Positions 24,601 to 36,600 of a DNA stretch of 64,000 nucleotides are shown here, in pieces. The DNA lies in assembly GCA_032718475.1 (NCBI GenBank), contig JAUCBJ010007860.1, positions 62,001-126,000 on the forward strand, written 5' to 3'. Positions within the stretch are counted from its first letter, which is position 1; each line of letters starts with the position of its first letter. Source of the stretch: Nemertoderma westbladi (lineage: Eukaryota > Animalia > Xenacoelomorpha). The notes below the pieces were generated by a model that worked only from the letters and a program-made list of their open reading frames with translations, was not told the origin of the DNA and did not search any database. Position numbers and translations under genes: made by a program.

Positions 24601-27600
24601 AGAATGAGCGAGAAGTAGAGTATTGGACGGATTCCACTGTTGTGCTTCGCTACATTCAAAATGAATCACGAAGATTCAAAGTTTTCGTTGCTCATAGAGT
24701 GGACGAGATACGTGCCACGACCAACCTTAATAAGTGGCACTTCTGCCCGACAGACCAGAACCCAGCCGACCTAGTGTCCCGGGGAACCCTCAAAGTCCCA
24801 TCTAAGGAGTTGGAGACGCTCTGGCAGCATGGACCCTCTTTTCTCCGTGATGAGGGGAAGTGGCCAGAATTCCCGGACAAAGGTCAATCTCCCAAGTTAG
24901 ACCCAGAAGATCCAGAGGTCAAGATGGAGACCGTGTGCTTCGCTACTACTAGTACACTGATGACACCAACAGATAAACTCTTGAGTCATAGCTCTTCATG
25001 GTATAAGACTGTGAAGCTGGCAGCCTACTTCAGGGCCTGGTTCGTCTATATCAGACAAGGGCGTACTGGAGACAAGCCCATTATAGACTGGAAGGGAGCC
25101 AAGGTGGCTGTCATTAAGTATGTCCAGCGACTGGCATACACACAGGAGATAGGACGGTTAGCATCTGGGAAACCCATTCCGATGGATAGCCTAATCAAAT
25201 CGTTGTCACCAACACTAAACCAGGAAGGAGTCCTGGTCATGGACTCACGAGTACGACGGGCAGGATGTCAGATAATTCCAAGCAAGCCCGTAATACTACC
25301 GCGGCAGAGCCCAGTGACGCAGCAGATCATCAACGATAGTCACCAGCGGGTGATGCATGGGGGTACGGACGCAACTCTCGCTTACGTGAGACGCACGTAC
25401 TGGATTCCAGCGGTGCGCCGATCAATCAAACAGACTATAAACTCTTGTTCTACCTGCCGTTTAGTGCGGAAAGAACGAGTAACCCAAGTGATGGCGCCGC
25501 TTCCACCCGAACGAACAATAGAGTATGAACCACCAGTTGCCTATACAGGAACTGATATGTTCGGGCCGATAGTGGTAAAGGTTTATCGACAGCAGCGGAA
25601 ATCGTACGGCATCATTTTCGTTTGCTACAAAACCCGAGCCATCGCCTTGGAACTTGCAGTCGACGCCTTGGCCAGCGCTTTCATCAACGCCCTTCGACGC
25701 TTCATCAATCGATGTGGAAAGATCAAGCGCATGGCTTCCGATAATGGGGGAAATTTCATTGGTGCAGAGGCGGAGCTCAAAGAAGCCAGGTGTACCTTCA
25801 ATGCCAAGGAAGTGGCTCTCGCAATGCGCCGCGAAGGTGTGGACTGGGTACACACTACGCCCTATGCACCACACACCGCCGGAGTTTGGGAACGTCTCAT
25901 TGGAAGTTTCAAACGCCTGATGCTGGCACTACTCAGAGGGCACATCGTCACGGAGGACGTGCTCCGCACTGTCTTTGCAGAGGGCGAACAAATTATGAAC
26001 AGTAGACCACTCTGCGCGCTCAATGACGATCCAATGTCACTCGAGGTTCTCACTCCCAACCATCTACTGTTGCGACGACCAGCTCAGATGATGCGACGGG
26101 GGGAGTGGGACCCTAATGAACTCTATTCACGCAAGTCCTGGCGGGTGGTACAAGCGCTCGCGGACGAGTATCAACGTCGGTGGGTACAAGAATACATACC
26201 CACTCTCCACAAGCGACGAAAGTGGAGGACGGAGCAGAGGGACCTCAAACCGGGCGACCTCATACTGGTTACCGATGATACCCTACTCAAGAAAGACTGG
26301 TGCATGGCCAGGATCGTGCGCTGCTACCCAGGCGCAGACGGCTGAGTGCGTTCCGTCGAGGTCAGCCTAGGCAGCGGAGCTAAGCGCACCTACAAGCGAC
26401 CAATAGGCAACTGCTGCCTATTGGAATGCGCGCCCTAATTAAAGACGGGGCAAGCCGTCTGGGGGGAGGATGGGTGGCAAAAACCAAAATCCTCTCAACT
26501 TCGCATCGACAGCAGATATCGACAACTGGTGCGAAGGATGATATCCACCAGTGGATTATCATAAACTCAATGTCTACTCCGTAGACTTTAACAAACTCTC
26601 CTTTATGTCTATTCAATAGACTTAATAAACTCAACTTTATGTCCTCTCTATGGACAGCTTAATGTGCCTATTTAAAGGACAACATAGGTCTACTCCGTAG
26701 ATTGTGTACTTAGGTCCACTCCATGGACAGCTTTAGCTTTAGATCTATTCCATAGATCGCTTACTTACATCCACTCCGTGGATAGCTTTAGGTCTATTCT
26801 GTAGACCACTTACTTATGTCCACTTAATGGACAACCTTATGTCTACTCCGTAGACGATGTAGCTAGGTCTGCTTTATAGGCTGCTAGTACTATAATGTCC
26901 ACTCCGGGACAGCTCAACTATGTCTATTCCATAGACAGCTAATGTTACTAGGATTACTCCGTAGTCTTCAGTAACTAAAAACTGACTGGGTCTCTAGGAC
27001 GCGTGGTAAACCCTGTAAAGGGCAAACCCACCACTGGAGGCACGGCTGTCAGTGTGCACTTGAATATTCCACCGCAGGGATATGCCTATCCGATTGTGCC
27101 GCAATCGGTGAGCGAGGCTACCCCTAAAAGCTATGTTTGTAGAGGGCTCCGCGCTCTACGGCATAGCGCCACCCTAATTAACAATGTCAGTTGTTAATTA
27201 GCCCTAACTCTTCTATTTCTAATTAATTATGTACCTAGCACTATGTATAATTATAGCAAACTACTATAGTGTAATATAGGTCTGTGCCTCTTACTTATAG
27301 GCACATTACGCGCAACGTATGTAGGCTATTACTAGGATAGCATTCTTCTTAGGCTAAGTGAAACCTATATTAGCACCACCAACCACCATTATTATTCATT
27401 GTGACAAGGAATTGGATTAATATTGCGCCACGCTATTTAGCATCTGAGTCTCATCAAGACACTGCCTTGTCACATACAAACCATAGCTAGCACAATCTGA
27501 GTTATCGCGAGTTAAGCCTTGTTGGCTTAGATTATAGCTATGGTTCCCAATGCCAATCAACTAAAGGATATGACACGCGGGTTCTACTTTCTACGCGTAT

Positions 27601-30600
27601 CTGGTTGAAGATTATCCCACCGCAATGTCCAAAATGTATGTTATAAAGTGTGAAACCGTGTTTACGTGACAACTTATGTAATTACCGTTCTAGAACGTGA
27701 AGGGTCGGCTATCAGTGTTATATAGCTTAGAGCGCTCGACCTAAAGAGAAAGATATGCCCTATTAAATTCAAAATTGGTGCATAGTTAAATTTAGTCATA
27801 CCATCCACCAATAGTTTATTGTAAATTAATAAAGTGCTCCATGTTCTTAAAATTTTCTTACTTTATTAAACCTAATACGGTAGGGGCGAATTTGATGGAC
27901 ATGAGACCACTGACAACCCATTTTAACAACGGGATCATTCTAAGGCGGCAAACCACCATGTTGGCTCCGTCAACATGGGTCATAGTTAGCGACTTAGCAG
28001 TTCCGCTGCTTGGCGCTAATACTGGGGATGTACATACAGTGAAGTATGTACATTTCTCTGTGTGGGCTAAAAAGCGCATTTAGTTCTCACAGGCAGTCTG
28101 GGGTACATGAATTCACGCCTGTTCATGTACCAAGGAGCGACGATCCGTCGTTTAGCTCTCAGACACGCTAGTGCTTGCCAAAGAGCGGTAAGTTGCTTGA
28201 TGTGTCTCCTCTGGCGAAGATCAAGAGACACTGACTCAGCAAGGTAAGGTCATAGGTATCGGCTCCGTCGTAGTACCTGTTCTTGCCTGCTCCACAGCTG
28301 GCAAAAATGGTTAGTGTAACCTAGGGTGTACTGCTCCGCAGTTACACCCGCGCGCCCAGCTGCAGTTTCGTTACCTGGCAATCGAGGTAAAGTTAGCGCC
28401 TCTAGCACCACAGGTAAGGAAACAAGAATGTAATCGCCTAGTCCCCGACGAAGCGAGAACATGTACCCATCTGCCCCTTGGGACTACAGTAGGGATTCTC
28501 CCAAAGTCTAGTCAGTGTTAACCAAGGGTAAGTACTATCAGCAGTATGTCCAAGGGAGGGAATAGTCCATTCAACTGCAAATGTCAACCAGCAGGCTAAG
28601 TCTTTTGGGTATAAGGAAATTTGCGAGGTTGTTCCGCAACCTCTCAAATTCCTTAGGGGGGAGTGTGACCGTAGCCCAGCCATCCCGGCCATAAGAACCA
28701 TTATATGGGTAGGGGCTTCAATTTCCAATATTCCCTCATCTCTCTTTCCCCATTTAACTACCCACAATACCAATAGTTCTACCATTTCGGCCGCTTCACC
28801 TATTACAGCATTGCCACCGGCCCTTACAGTAGGTGTAGCGTAGCCATGGTATTACTGTGTCATGATTGGGTGCTATTTATAGGTGTATATCATACCGCGC
28901 TCTGTGAGTGGCTGTTGTCTCCCATTCGCTAACGGTTCTACCGCCAAAACCTATAAGGCAGGGCGTTTCTCAACCTCTGCATTATTCCTTCTGCAGTGTA
29001 CCTGACAGCGTGCCATTGCTTCTACCGGAGTTTCTGCCTTTTCAGACATTCAACATCAGTCATTCACAGACCGGCCCATAAAACTCACTTATGCATAACA
29101 ACATCATTCTAAGATCTATTCAACTTTATTATCATGGGTTCGGGAAGGGCGGGAGCTACGCGTTATTAGCGGCTCACAGGTTCATCAGCCAGCAGTGGGG
29201 AATAAATTCTATATAGAATCATTTTGTTGCATTTTATTGCAGCTACCACAAGCAGACTGATCCCCACGCTAGTTTGTTGGTTCAACGAGGTCTCTCTTCT
29301 TGTGGAGAGGTTTTAGTTAACTATAACTTTTCCCTTTCTGCAAAAAAGCACTCCCAACCCCCACTATGGATTACAATTGTAATGCGGAGGTCCGGCCACT
29401 ACAGGCCAGTGGAATTACTGGACACAAATCGGCCTCACAGGCGTCAGTTATTTCCTGACCGTCTCACCCCCGGCTGGTGGAGAGGGATTCTGGAGTTGGA
29501 GGCTACTCTCATGTTCCACCCCGACCAACCAAACCTTTATTGAAACTGTGGCAAGTTACTAGAATAGCCACAGTTAATACTCTAACACTCGGGTCCCTAA
29601 TGCGACAAGGCGAGCTGACTGCCCTGGCAGATAAGGTGTCCCTTAGCGCAGTGTGTATTCAATAGCACCGAAAACGGTCTGGACCGACTGATTAGATTCT
29701 GATTAAGGACATGAGGGGCGGTTGGCGACTCGCCCTCGCATCAGAAGATGAAAGTGAAAATGGTGGAATTGGTCTATTGATGAATCCAACTGCACATGCA
29801 GCATTGGACAAAGTAGACAAAATTTCCAACCGCACCATCCGCCGCCATTTCTTATGTTCTGGAAAACTTGTTAAGAAGTTTCCTAAGGTGGTTCTGATCG
29901 TGTGCTACTCTGCAACTAGTGTTGCCCCTGTAGAGGAGGTGGAAAATTTCTACCAGAATCTACAAGCAGCTACTGATGGAATGGATCAGCATTCATTCTT
30001 AACTTTCCTGGGCGACTTTAATGCAAGTCTACATCAATCATCCACATCGCCCTGGGTCTATACCGATAGTGAAAACCGAAATTCCGTCCATAGTCAGGAT
30101 TTCATCTCTGGAAATGGACTGCTTTCTGCTGGAACTCAGTTCAAGAAGCCTACTGGAAAGCTTTGGACTCACACTGGACCCAGTGTCCACAAGTCCCAGA
30201 TAGACCACATTCTGTTTCGTAGGAAATACAGGAGCTCTGTACAAGACTGTAGTGCATTTACACTTCGACCCTACTCCAGTGATCACCGCCTTATTGTGAT
30301 CAAGGAAAGATGTGGTCTCCGCGCTAGCATAATTACGAAATCTGACATCCCACGGCATGACTGGTCCTCTCTGTTCCAACAGCCCAGAATGAGATCCAGC
30401 TTCACACTAACGCTGAGCAACAGCTACGAGGTTCTCACCTCTGAGGCAACAGATCACTGCGAGTGCTATACTGCCTTCACAGAAGCAGTTAAGTTAGCAG
30501 TTGCAGAAACAGTTTCTGTATACCCTCGAAACAGGAAAAAAGGCCTCCTGGACTGACCACAGAATTCGAAAGTGCCGAAATGACCTCTCTAAGGCGCAGA

Positions 30601-33600
30601 ATGTCTCCCGCTAGCTCCGGCACACGAGGACAGACAAGGATGCAGTTAAGATTGCATGTAGGACCCTTAATAGACACAGACAGTACTCTGATAATCTGAA
30701 AGAGCTTATTACAAAGTAGGTTGATGCCATTAACAATACTCATAATAACAGGCAATCAGCCCAGGCATGGCAATCAATAAACCTGCTCACTGGGAGGAAA
30801 ATTCAACCAACCACCAAGGTTAACTGCTGAATCTCCAGCTGAAAGCCTCAAACAACCTAACAACTCATGGATTTTTTCCTGGAATCTCGTTAATCTCGAT
30901 TGCTGCAACGCTATACAACATAATTCTATAATCATATTCCATAATTATTCATTAATTCCATAATTAAATCGCATCAGGGATCCTGTTGAGAGACTGCTAC
31001 GTGGAAATCAGAATGGGTTCCGATAAGGTCGTGGGACCATGGAGCCCATTTTGGCACTTAGAATGATAATTGAAGAGTTATCAATAAAGAAGGACAGACA
31101 ACGGGCTATTATCTTTGTTGACTTCTTTAAAGCCTTCGACTCTGTCTCCTGACCACGGATGTTGAGCATACTGGCAGCATATGGGTTCCTGAGGAAATTA
31201 TTGTAGCTATCCGATCACTGTATGATGGATCCACCACGTTTGTATCTACTCCTGATGGTGATACAGATCCATTCTAATGGGGAGTCCTTCAGAGTGACAC
31301 ACTTGCATCATTCTCATTCGTAATTGTGGTTGATTATGTTAGTACGCATGTCCTTAGACCATGTTAATAATGATGGGGTGATTGTAACATCCCCTACTGG
31401 TACAAAAAGTAGAGGAAATCCAGCAAAGTACCTTACTGATCTAGACTTTGCTGATGACTTAGGGGTACAGTCAGAATCACTAGCGGGAGCCCAAAGGCTT
31501 ATCTGCTCATTGGAGCAGGATGCTTCTAGTGTTGCTCTTTTTGTAAACTCCAAGAAGACCAAACTCATGACAGTGAACATAGACAGCCCTCAAGAAATGT
31601 CTTCACCTTGCTTGAGCACGTGGACAACTACTGCTACTTGGGATCATGGATCCGAATGTCAGGTGAAGACCTTCGGATAAGCAAGGGGAAGGCATGGGCA
31701 GGGTTAAATAATCTGTCCAGGATTTGGAAGTCCAATCGAATAATACGGAACCTTAACCCTATTAGTACCGGGCTATAAAATGTTGTACAAATACCGGGGG
31801 AAGGTCATATTGACCCCCCCCCCCCCCCCGAACAGGTCCGAACAGATCCGACCGAACAAAAATAACTTCGAAAAAATGTACTGGGGTGGTTATATTGCAG
31901 CACCAAAATTACAAGTAGTGCACAATTTTCACAAAATTTGAAAGTTACATTTTTCGGCTAATTGTTTTTCAATATAGGTTTTCTGGGGCGCAAAATACAT
32001 TGGATAATATTTAAAAATGATATGATTACTATAAATGGCTGTCCAGTCCTCTCTGCGTAGGAAAAAAATGAAAAAAACATGTAACCAGCACTTTTCAGTT
32101 AGAACACGAAATTTTTAATTCACTTATGCGATGCTATAAATTCCCATTTTCAGGTTTTCTAGCGCGCTGATTCTAATGGAATACATTTCTAATATGCCAG
32201 ATCATTGCTACTTGTATTTTTCGGCATAATTTGGCAAATATTTTGTGCTAGCACCAAATTTCGTACCCATCAACAAAAAGTACAAGTTTGCGATGTCCAC
32301 TGCTGTTTTTATTGATTCCATCGGATTCAGGACCCTCATAAACCCGTATAACGCAAGAAACAAGATAATACTATCTACTGATCAATTTGCTTATCTGACA
32401 AACCCGTATAACGCAAGAAACAAGGTGACACAATCAATTGATATATTTGATGATTTTCAAAAGTTGGTGCTAGCACCACATTTTGCACCCACTTCCGAAA
32501 AATACAAGTTTGAGATGTCTAGTTCGATAATTATATATTCCATTGAATTCAGAACAGCCATAAACCTCTAAAACGCAAGAAATAAATTGTCACAAGCAAT
32601 TTTATCTATTGAATGGATTTTCAAAATTTCGTGCTAGCACCAAAATTTGCACACAGCACCGAAAAATACAAGTTTTATACGCTTGGTGCAACTCGTATAT
32701 ATTTCATCGAAACCAGAACCCCAAAATACCCCAATTGCGTAAAAAACAAGTTTGTAACAATCAATTTACAAAATTGACATATTTCAAAATTTGGTGCTGG
32801 CACCAAAATTTGGCACCCGCCGAAAAAAAACAAGTTTGAAATTTCTAAATCAATTTAAATGAATTCCATCCAATTGCTATCACCAAAAAACCGGTGTAAA
32901 TCAAAAATAGAGATGTTACAATTCATATTTATTTAATGAAATGTAATTTTCAAAAAACGTCTAAAAAAAGTGCCAAAAGTAGGGTTAAAAAATGTAGCTA
33001 TAACTCGAAAACTATCCAATATTTTTGAAAACGGTTTTCACTACTAGGAAGACAATAGATTTTAAGGAAAAGTCATAAATTTTCATATTCCCAACTGCGT
33101 TTGTTTCAGAATTATAATAAAAAAACCACGGGGGGGGGCGTCATATTGACCCCCCCCCCCCCCCCCCGGATTTAATAGGGTTAAGGTTCGATTATTTATT
33201 AAATAAATGAATTGTAGTTGAGCTGTTAATGCAACTTTAATGAATGATATTGTAATAAGTTGTTCAGAAATTGAAAAAAATGAGAGAGTCAGCGGGGGTT
33301 GAACCAGCGCTATACGTACGTTTCGGCCTATAAGGCCTCTTCAGTAGTGCTAATAGTTTCAGCCACTCTCCCCTGACATTCACCTTTCTATTTATTCCAC
33401 TTATACTGAACAGGCAATCTTTAGTTGCATATCCTATCTCTAACAGCCCCCAGTTACTCGCTTTCTCATTTTTTCCATTTCTGAACAACTTATTACAATA
33501 TCGATTAATTATGGCAGTAGTATTACCGGTACACTTATATATGGGAGTCCCTGTTGGGTTCTAATTGCAGAGGATACCAAATCTCTGGATGGCACTTTCA

Positions 33601-36600
33601 TAAGAATGCTGCGCCGGGTTTATTGTGTCAACTACAATGAACACATCTCCATTGACATTGAAGGTGTTCAATTAGTCTTCTCCCCTAGCTTGACACTTGA
33701 ATGGAACCGCCTCCGTTTGCAGGACATTGCTTTCGCCGTGAGGACCAGCCAGTGCATAATCTTGTACTTTGGCAGCCTCATGGAGTGAATAAGCATGGTG
33801 GACAGCCCATGACTTTCTTGAGACGCATCTTAAAGGACACTGGCCTTGAAGATGCGGATGATCTAGCAAATGTCATGGGTGATCGGGAGTTGTGGCGGCG
33901 CAATTTTGTCGACAAGCCGGCACAGCATTCTTATATATGTAATACATACATAATGCAGCTGCAATGCAGCATGCCGATCGTAGTAGTAGTAGTCATCTAA
34001 CCCACTCGAATTTTTATTGGACACGTTTTTAATGCTTCTCTGGAGTTCGGGAGGTGTAAGTAAATGACAAGTGGTCTTGGCATATATATTTTTCTTGTAG
34101 GACTGGGCTCAATGTTTGGTGGTTGCCCATGCCATGCACAATGCACATGTCCATGCAAGAAGTGATGTTTTAATTTCAGGTATGCAGGGATTAACATACC
34201 TTTTATTCAGCAGGGATTATTCAGGTCTATCAGCTTGTTTGCGCCCTTTCGCATAACTTTTTAATCCAAATATCTCATTTACTGTTTGCCATGTAAGTCT
34301 TGACTGTTGATTTGTTTGAGCAGTTGCAATTGATTCAATTTTGTCGTGTATGTTCTTCGTCCGGCTGCTTTTGAAAACGACTTTGACATTTTTTTTAGCT
34401 TTCCTAACCATGTTTAAGTTTTCGGTGTACAAAGGGTCATAATTGTCACATATTTGTGATTGGCTGATTACAAGTAGTCTTTTTCAATATTCCGGAAGAA
34501 AGTATAGATGGATTGGTCTTTATTCATTGACTGGAGTACGTTAAAGAGGTTTTTAACTTCTTCTGTATTTGCATTATAAAATATCAGCTTCATATGCCGC
34601 GAATTATCAGAACTAAGTTTTTCCCAGTCATAGTTGATTCGCTTGCTTGTCCTGGGTTTGCTGGCTCTCAAACCTCATTAGGCCTCTGCACTCATGATTC
34701 TGTGGTCTGAACTGAACCAATTAGGTTTAACGGCCTGTATGCCTCACATTTTTTGTTCATAAGGATGTAATCCAGCTGTGCTTTGATTCCATTAGGGTAT
34801 TCATTATGGTTCCATTTAGGTCCACATGTGGTGTTTGTTGGTATCCATACACACACATCCTTCCGTTAAGTCTAAGAGTAAGCGTCCATTTCTGTTCACA
34901 TTTTGAGATTCGTTGTTGAACTGCCGGAACCATGTTATTATTAATATGAAACAAGCATATGTAAAAGCAATGGGCTTCCGATACAGTAGCAGAAGAGGGA
35001 GAAAAATCGAAAAGTTGCTATAAGTGACGAATAAGTTGCTATAAGTGTACACCTGTAAGTATCCAGACAATGTGGAATTCGGATTGGAACGTCTAGTTGC
35101 TGATTGATCGATCACAGCTCGCCTCGCCAGTAGTGATTGGTCGGAGTTAATGGTTGGCCAACCAGATACGTTTTCATCATACAGGCCCGTAGCCAGTGGT
35201 GTTCGTTGGTTCGAACGATCCGCCCGGACCCGGAGCTGACTAATCATAAATAAGCAAGGTTCTATATCACTAATAGATACCCCTTTCTTACAATAATGAT
35301 GTACATCGCTGTGTTACAATATGTAAAATTATCGGCGTTCTGAAGTTTTAATTATTCACTTTATACTACTACTACTACTACTAGATCGAGCGAGCCCGGA
35401 CAATAAATCCTCTTTAATCGTTTATATAATCTTAATCAAATTCATAATCGGTGTTATTCTTCACCATGTCTAAATCTCATCTCCTTTTTATCAAAATGTT
35501 TGGCTCAGGTGACAACAGCCATGGAACAAAATGCGCAGGTGAGATCGCCATGGTAGCGAACAATGGAATGTGTGGGGTCGGCGTCGCCTATAATTGTAAA
35601 GTCGGTGGAATCCGAATGTTAGATGGACCGGTAACAGATGAGATAGAGGCTACCGCTCTCCACTTCAACTACTCACATATTGACATATATTCGGCTTGTT
35701 GGGGTCCAAGTGATGATGGAAAGACGATGGCGAAACCAAAGTTATTGGCAGCTCAAGCCCTGGAATATGGCACTAAAAATGGAAGAAACGTTAGTGATAA
35801 ATGATAAACATCGTATTGATTGATACAATGCAAAAGTGATGTATGTTTGTAAAAGGGAACTATTCGGCGGTTATGATCCAACTTGTATATTTTTGTAAAC
35901 CTACCTCGCTGCGCTCGCTCTGTACATAAATACACTCAGGTCATAACGCTGAAAAGTGAAGTAAATAGTTATTGTTTGTACAGTGATTTTTAATTCAGGA
36001 AATGAATTGAAAATTAAATTAAATTAAATTATTAAATATCAATAACTTTTTGAACAATGTTGTGATTTTGCACATTTAAATAGCCACTTTTAAGCAATAT
36101 AATACTTTGATAAAATGCATTACCAGAATTAATACAAAACTAATGATTTTACATTACATGTATAACAGTGGCAACCCCTCTGGAATATATGTATACAGTA
36201 GGAAACGCGTTAAATACTCAAAACATCGCCCCTCTTTATGCCTCTCATTAGTCTCATTTCACCCCCTAGAATCTTGCCGGGTGGGTGGGGACAATTTTCC
36301 CCTGCCCACCGCTCTGCTTCTCATCCGCCTATGCATATTCTATAACATATTGATAATGTAAGAATAGCTAGGTACTAGTAGCTATCCTTGTAGATTTCTA
36401 GTATACAGTTCAGGTGGTCCAGGTGGTTAGAGCGTCAGTCAAGTCGTGATTTCGAATCCAAAACAGCCCAGTTTTCCTTAACTTGAATCTAAGGAACTAC
36501 AGTCGCTTTAGCCCAACCAGATGTAATGTATTTTCTGATGACACGGACCCCCCCCCCCCCCCCCCAAATTTTTCTACAAATCTTTATAATATTGCTTGAA

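Larger units (their letters stand above)
17807..29204 (+). mobile_element. Full-length BEL/Pao LTR retrotransposon (element 1, 11.4 kb)
   Basis: 541-bp direct repeats (3 differences seen), 5-bp TSD AATTC (17802-17806 and 29205-29209), PPT before the 3' LTR, and BEL domain order gag-PR-RT-RH-IN. Confidence 0.95.
29261..33996 (+). mobile_element. Degenerate RTE-like LINE (APE endonuclease + RT), interrupted by two insertions
   Basis: APE motifs IAT.N, GDFNA, QIDHIL and SDHR in 29560-30556; RT relics ([21 protein letters not shown]); 3' end GCAGCATGCCGATC(GTA)n shared with the copy at 37.7-39.5 kb. The 5' boundary is approximate. Confidence 0.85.

Noticed and set aside
18802-26370. Many short antisense or overlapping ORFs inside element 1 (and likewise inside 49845-57020)
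   Set aside because: Shadow ORFs of long coding frames, with no recognisable motifs.
11355-26438. Functional link between SAMHD1 (a retroelement restriction factor) and the neighbouring retrotransposons
   Set aside because: SAMHD1 lies outside both LTR pairs, and proximity is unremarkable in TE-dense DNA.
27582-27590. TTCTACTTT as a self-encoded primer complementary to the 9 nt after the element 1 LTR
   Set aside because: A 9-nt AT-rich match within ~10 kb is compatible with chance.
33285-33375. tRNA gene (GGTTCAACCCC B-box-like on the minus strand)
   Set aside because: No cloverleaf; the segment is better explained as a hammerhead ribozyme.
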